Source: an uncultured Thermotogae bacterium
GTDB lineage: Bacteria > Bipolaricaulota > Bipolaricaulia > M55B111
DNA: 38,238 nucleotides
Direction: 5' to 3'
NCBI GenBank assembly: GCA_964599005.1
Contig: CAZRDU010000002.1
Span: 1-38,238, forward strand
Shown: positions 36,409 through 38,238 of the stretch, in pieces
Layout of the letters: each line of letters starts with the position of its first letter
How positions within the stretch are numbered: the stretch's first letter is position 1
Made by a program: the position numbers and the translations under genes
The notes under the pieces: model-generated
What the model was told of the DNA's origin: nothing
Seen by the model: only the letters and a program-made list of their open reading frames with translations
Databases searched by the model: none

Positions 36409-37278
36409 ATGTCCAACCAAATCAACGGCAAGAAAAATCCGGTCAAGGCTTATTTCGACGAGATCGGCGAACGACCTCTTTTAACCAGGGAGGAAGAGGT
36501 TCAGCTTGCCCAGAGGATTGAAGAGGGAGACGAAAGCGCCAAAGAGGAGCTGGCGGTGGCAAATCTTCGGCTCGTGATCAGTATCGCCAAAAAATATAGA
36601 AATTTTGGGCTCTCTTTTCTGGATCTTATCCAGGAAGGTAACGTCGGTTTAATGAAAGCAGTGGAAAAGTTCGACTGGCGAAAGGGCTATAAATTCAGCA
36701 CTTACGCTACGTGGTGGATTCGTCAGGCCATACTGAGGGCGATCACGAATAGATCGAGAACTATTCGAGTTCCCGCCCATATGAGCGAACTAATCAGAGA
36801 TATTAACAAGGTGGAGAAGGAATACCTGCAGGAACACGGCGAAGAACCCGACCCGGAAGAGATTGCGGAGGAGTTAGACGTCTCCGCGGAAAAAGTTCGA
36901 CATGCAAAAAAGACCGCCCAGAGAACTACGTCTCTGGACAAACCCTTGAGCAAGGAAGGGTCGGATTCCGGAGTACTGGGAGACATCATGCCTGACAATA
37001 ACCTGCCAAATCCGGAAGAAGAGTCTCTTCAAACTCTGTTGAAGGACCAATTAAAGGAACTGCTCCACGAAGTATTAACGGATAGAGAGAGAAGAATCAT
37101 CCAGTTAAGATACGGTCTCGAGGACTACCACCCCAGAACTTTAAATGAGGTGGGGAAGGTCTTTGGTATCAGCAGGGAAAGAGTAAGACAAATACAGAAA
37201 CAGGCGATAAACAAACTAAAAAGCCCGAAGGTTAAAGATCAACTTCGGGCCTACCTGGAAACCTATAAAATAACTTAA
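36409..37278 (+). CDS. RNA polymerase sigma-70 family factor, RpoD/SigA-like, without region 1.1
   Basis: Region 1.2 [19 protein letters not shown]. Region 2 [56 protein letters not shown]. Region 3 RTIRVPAHM. Region 4.2 [27 protein letters not shown]. 289 aa. AAGGGGG SD. Confidence 0.92.
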   Translation: MSNQINGKKNPVKAYFDEIGERPLLTREEEVQLAQRIEEGDESAKEELAVANLRLVISIAKKYRNFGLSFLDLIQEGNVGLMKAVEKFDWRKGYKFSTYATWWIRQAILRAITNRSRTIRVPAHMSELIRDINKVEKEYLQEHGEEPDPEEIAEELDVSAEKVRHAKKTAQRTTSLDKPLSKEGSDSGVLGDIMPDNNLPNPEEESLQTLLKDQLKELLHEVLTDRERRIIQLRYGLEDYHPRTLNEVGKVFGISRERVRQIQKQAINKLKSPKVKDQLRAYLETYKIT

Positions 37279-37310
37279 AATCGACGACTCTTCCCAATTG
37301 AAAATTACCC

Positions 37311-37343
37311 AAAAGCCCCCCGTAGAAAGCTAGGGGGCTTTTT
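37311..37343. terminator. Bidirectional intrinsic terminator between the convergent sigma-factor and LTD genes
   Basis: Stem AGCCCCC / GGGGGCT (plus an inner TAG/CTA), flanked by AAAA on the left and TTTT on the right. This gives a U-tract on either strand. Confidence 0.7.
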
Positions 37344-37362
37344 GGTTAATTCCGACAAACAC

Positions 37363-37962
37363 TTATTTCTCGGATTTCTCTCCCGGCTGGCCTCCAGGAG
37401 TACCGTGAATGGAGTTACCGGAGCTGTCTTTTTGTGCACCTTTAACTTTGTGGGTCTTCCATTTCCCGTCGACTAATTCCATCGAAGCGTATCCTGGTTC
37501 GCCATCGGACGACGTCCCGGCCATCCATCCTTCACTGCCATCCACAGTAGAGACTTTATCCCCTTTTTCGTTTTCCAGGACGAGTTTTTCTCCAGAGTTT
37601 GAAAGAGAACCTTTATAGATCAAATCAGCTTTCACTGAAGCAACTGCTTTATCATCCGTCCGCTCCAGTAGAAAGACGCCTCCCGGTTCAATCACGGTCT
37701 CCTTTACGGAAGCCGTAGCGTCTTTCGCCTTACCAAGGTTAATTTTTGTTCCTTCCCAGCTCAGTGACCACCCCGTTAAGTCTATCTTTTCTTTAGAGGT
37801 ATTCTTTAACTCGATCCATTCGTCCGCCCAGCTCGAAGGAGTTCCCGACCAGGCAACCTCGCTGATCATAACCCGGGATTCCGAACCGGCCAGACCGGTA
37901 ACCGCAATGAGCCCGAATAACAGAATGTAGACCAAAAAGAACTTGCCGACGACTTTTTTCAT
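37363..37962 (-). CDS. Secreted lamin-tail-domain (LTD) protein
   Basis: AAGAGGTGA SD. Signal peptide MKKVVGKFFLVYILLFGLIAVTGLAG. VMISEVAWSGTPSSWADEWIELKNTSKEKIDLTGWSLS matches the LTD core (I.E......EWIEL.N....DL.GW.L). The C-terminal tail is Gly/Ser/Lys-rich. Confidence 0.7.
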   Translation of the reverse strand: MKKVVGKFFLVYILLFGLIAVTGLAGSESRVMISEVAWSGTPSSWADEWIELKNTSKEKIDLTGWSLSWEGTKINLGKAKDATASVKETVIEPGGVFLLERTDDKAVASVKADLIYKGSLSNSGEKLVLENEKGDKVSTVDGSEGWMAGTSSDGEPGYASMELVDGKWKTHKVKGAQKDSSGNSIHGTPGGQPGEKSEK

Positions 37963-38238
37963 GTTCTCACCTCTTAAATATTTTTTAGCCTAAAAGAGTC
38001 CAGTAATCCCTAAATGGGAATTGAGAACTAGTATAACTTCAGTTCGAAAGCGAATCTATAATTCAGATTAAACAAAAGTTTAAATCAAATTAAGAAAAAA
38101 CTTAATTCTCATTAAATCAAGCCTGAAGTCAATTACCCCGCACCAAAGTGCGGGGCTTGTAACCACAAACCCGTAAGGTCAGGAACCTTTTTCTTTAACG
38201 ACAATCGACCCAGCACCCAGCAGTCAATTCGGAACTGG

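Noticed and set aside
38129-38164. CRISPR-repeat-like 36 nt element with an internal hairpin (CCCCGCAC-CAAA-GTGCGGGG), preceded by an AT-rich leader-like region
   Set aside because: Only one copy is present. The only later similarity is an 8 nt AGTCAATT match at 38221 that then diverges. No cas genes are present. It is more likely a terminator or structural hairpin of a gene beyond the right edge, but this cannot be resolved within the window.

Overview
Bacterial chromosomal segment of 38.2 kb that is densely coding. I support about 36 protein genes. By eye I found no rRNA, tRNA, CRISPR array, transposase, integrase or prophage signature. Most of it is core housekeeping.

Left to right:
- A truncated NagB-like gene and a DUF134 gene.
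- An envelope and division block: DUF5693-like membrane protein, csaB, rsmH, ftsL, ftsI-type PBP.
- An aminotransferase.
- An exported HEAT-repeat protein plus an orphan family-5 solute-binding protein.
- A minus-strand run: nnr-tatD-nfo, spoVS, argS-ftsY-ppdK.
- A two-gene sufCB locus.
- A tightly coupled iron module: dtxR-feoA-feoA-feoB(GTPase)-feoB(permease)-4TM protein-feoC-like.
- A P2-type cation ATPase.
- htrA with an OmpR-type response regulator and a histidine kinase.
- CIRCE-controlled groES-groEL.
- A patatin-like lipase, a short RpoD/SigA-like sigma factor and a secreted lamin-tail-domain protein.

The proteins are conspicuously acidic, which suggests a salt-in halophile. CIRCE, SpoVS and CsaB argue against a gammaproteobacterium.

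I did not find a clear-cut new multi-gene system such as a defence island. The best candidates for something undescribed are:
1. The exported HEAT-solenoid plus orphan SBP pair.
2. The uncharacterised 4-TM protein and the Cys-rich FeoC-like protein embedded in the split-FeoB operon.
3. The csaB junction, which lacks any canonical start codon.
4. Several well-defined promoter-overlapping palindromes or repeats with no assignable regulator.

All product calls rest on motif recognition from memory. No database search was possible.
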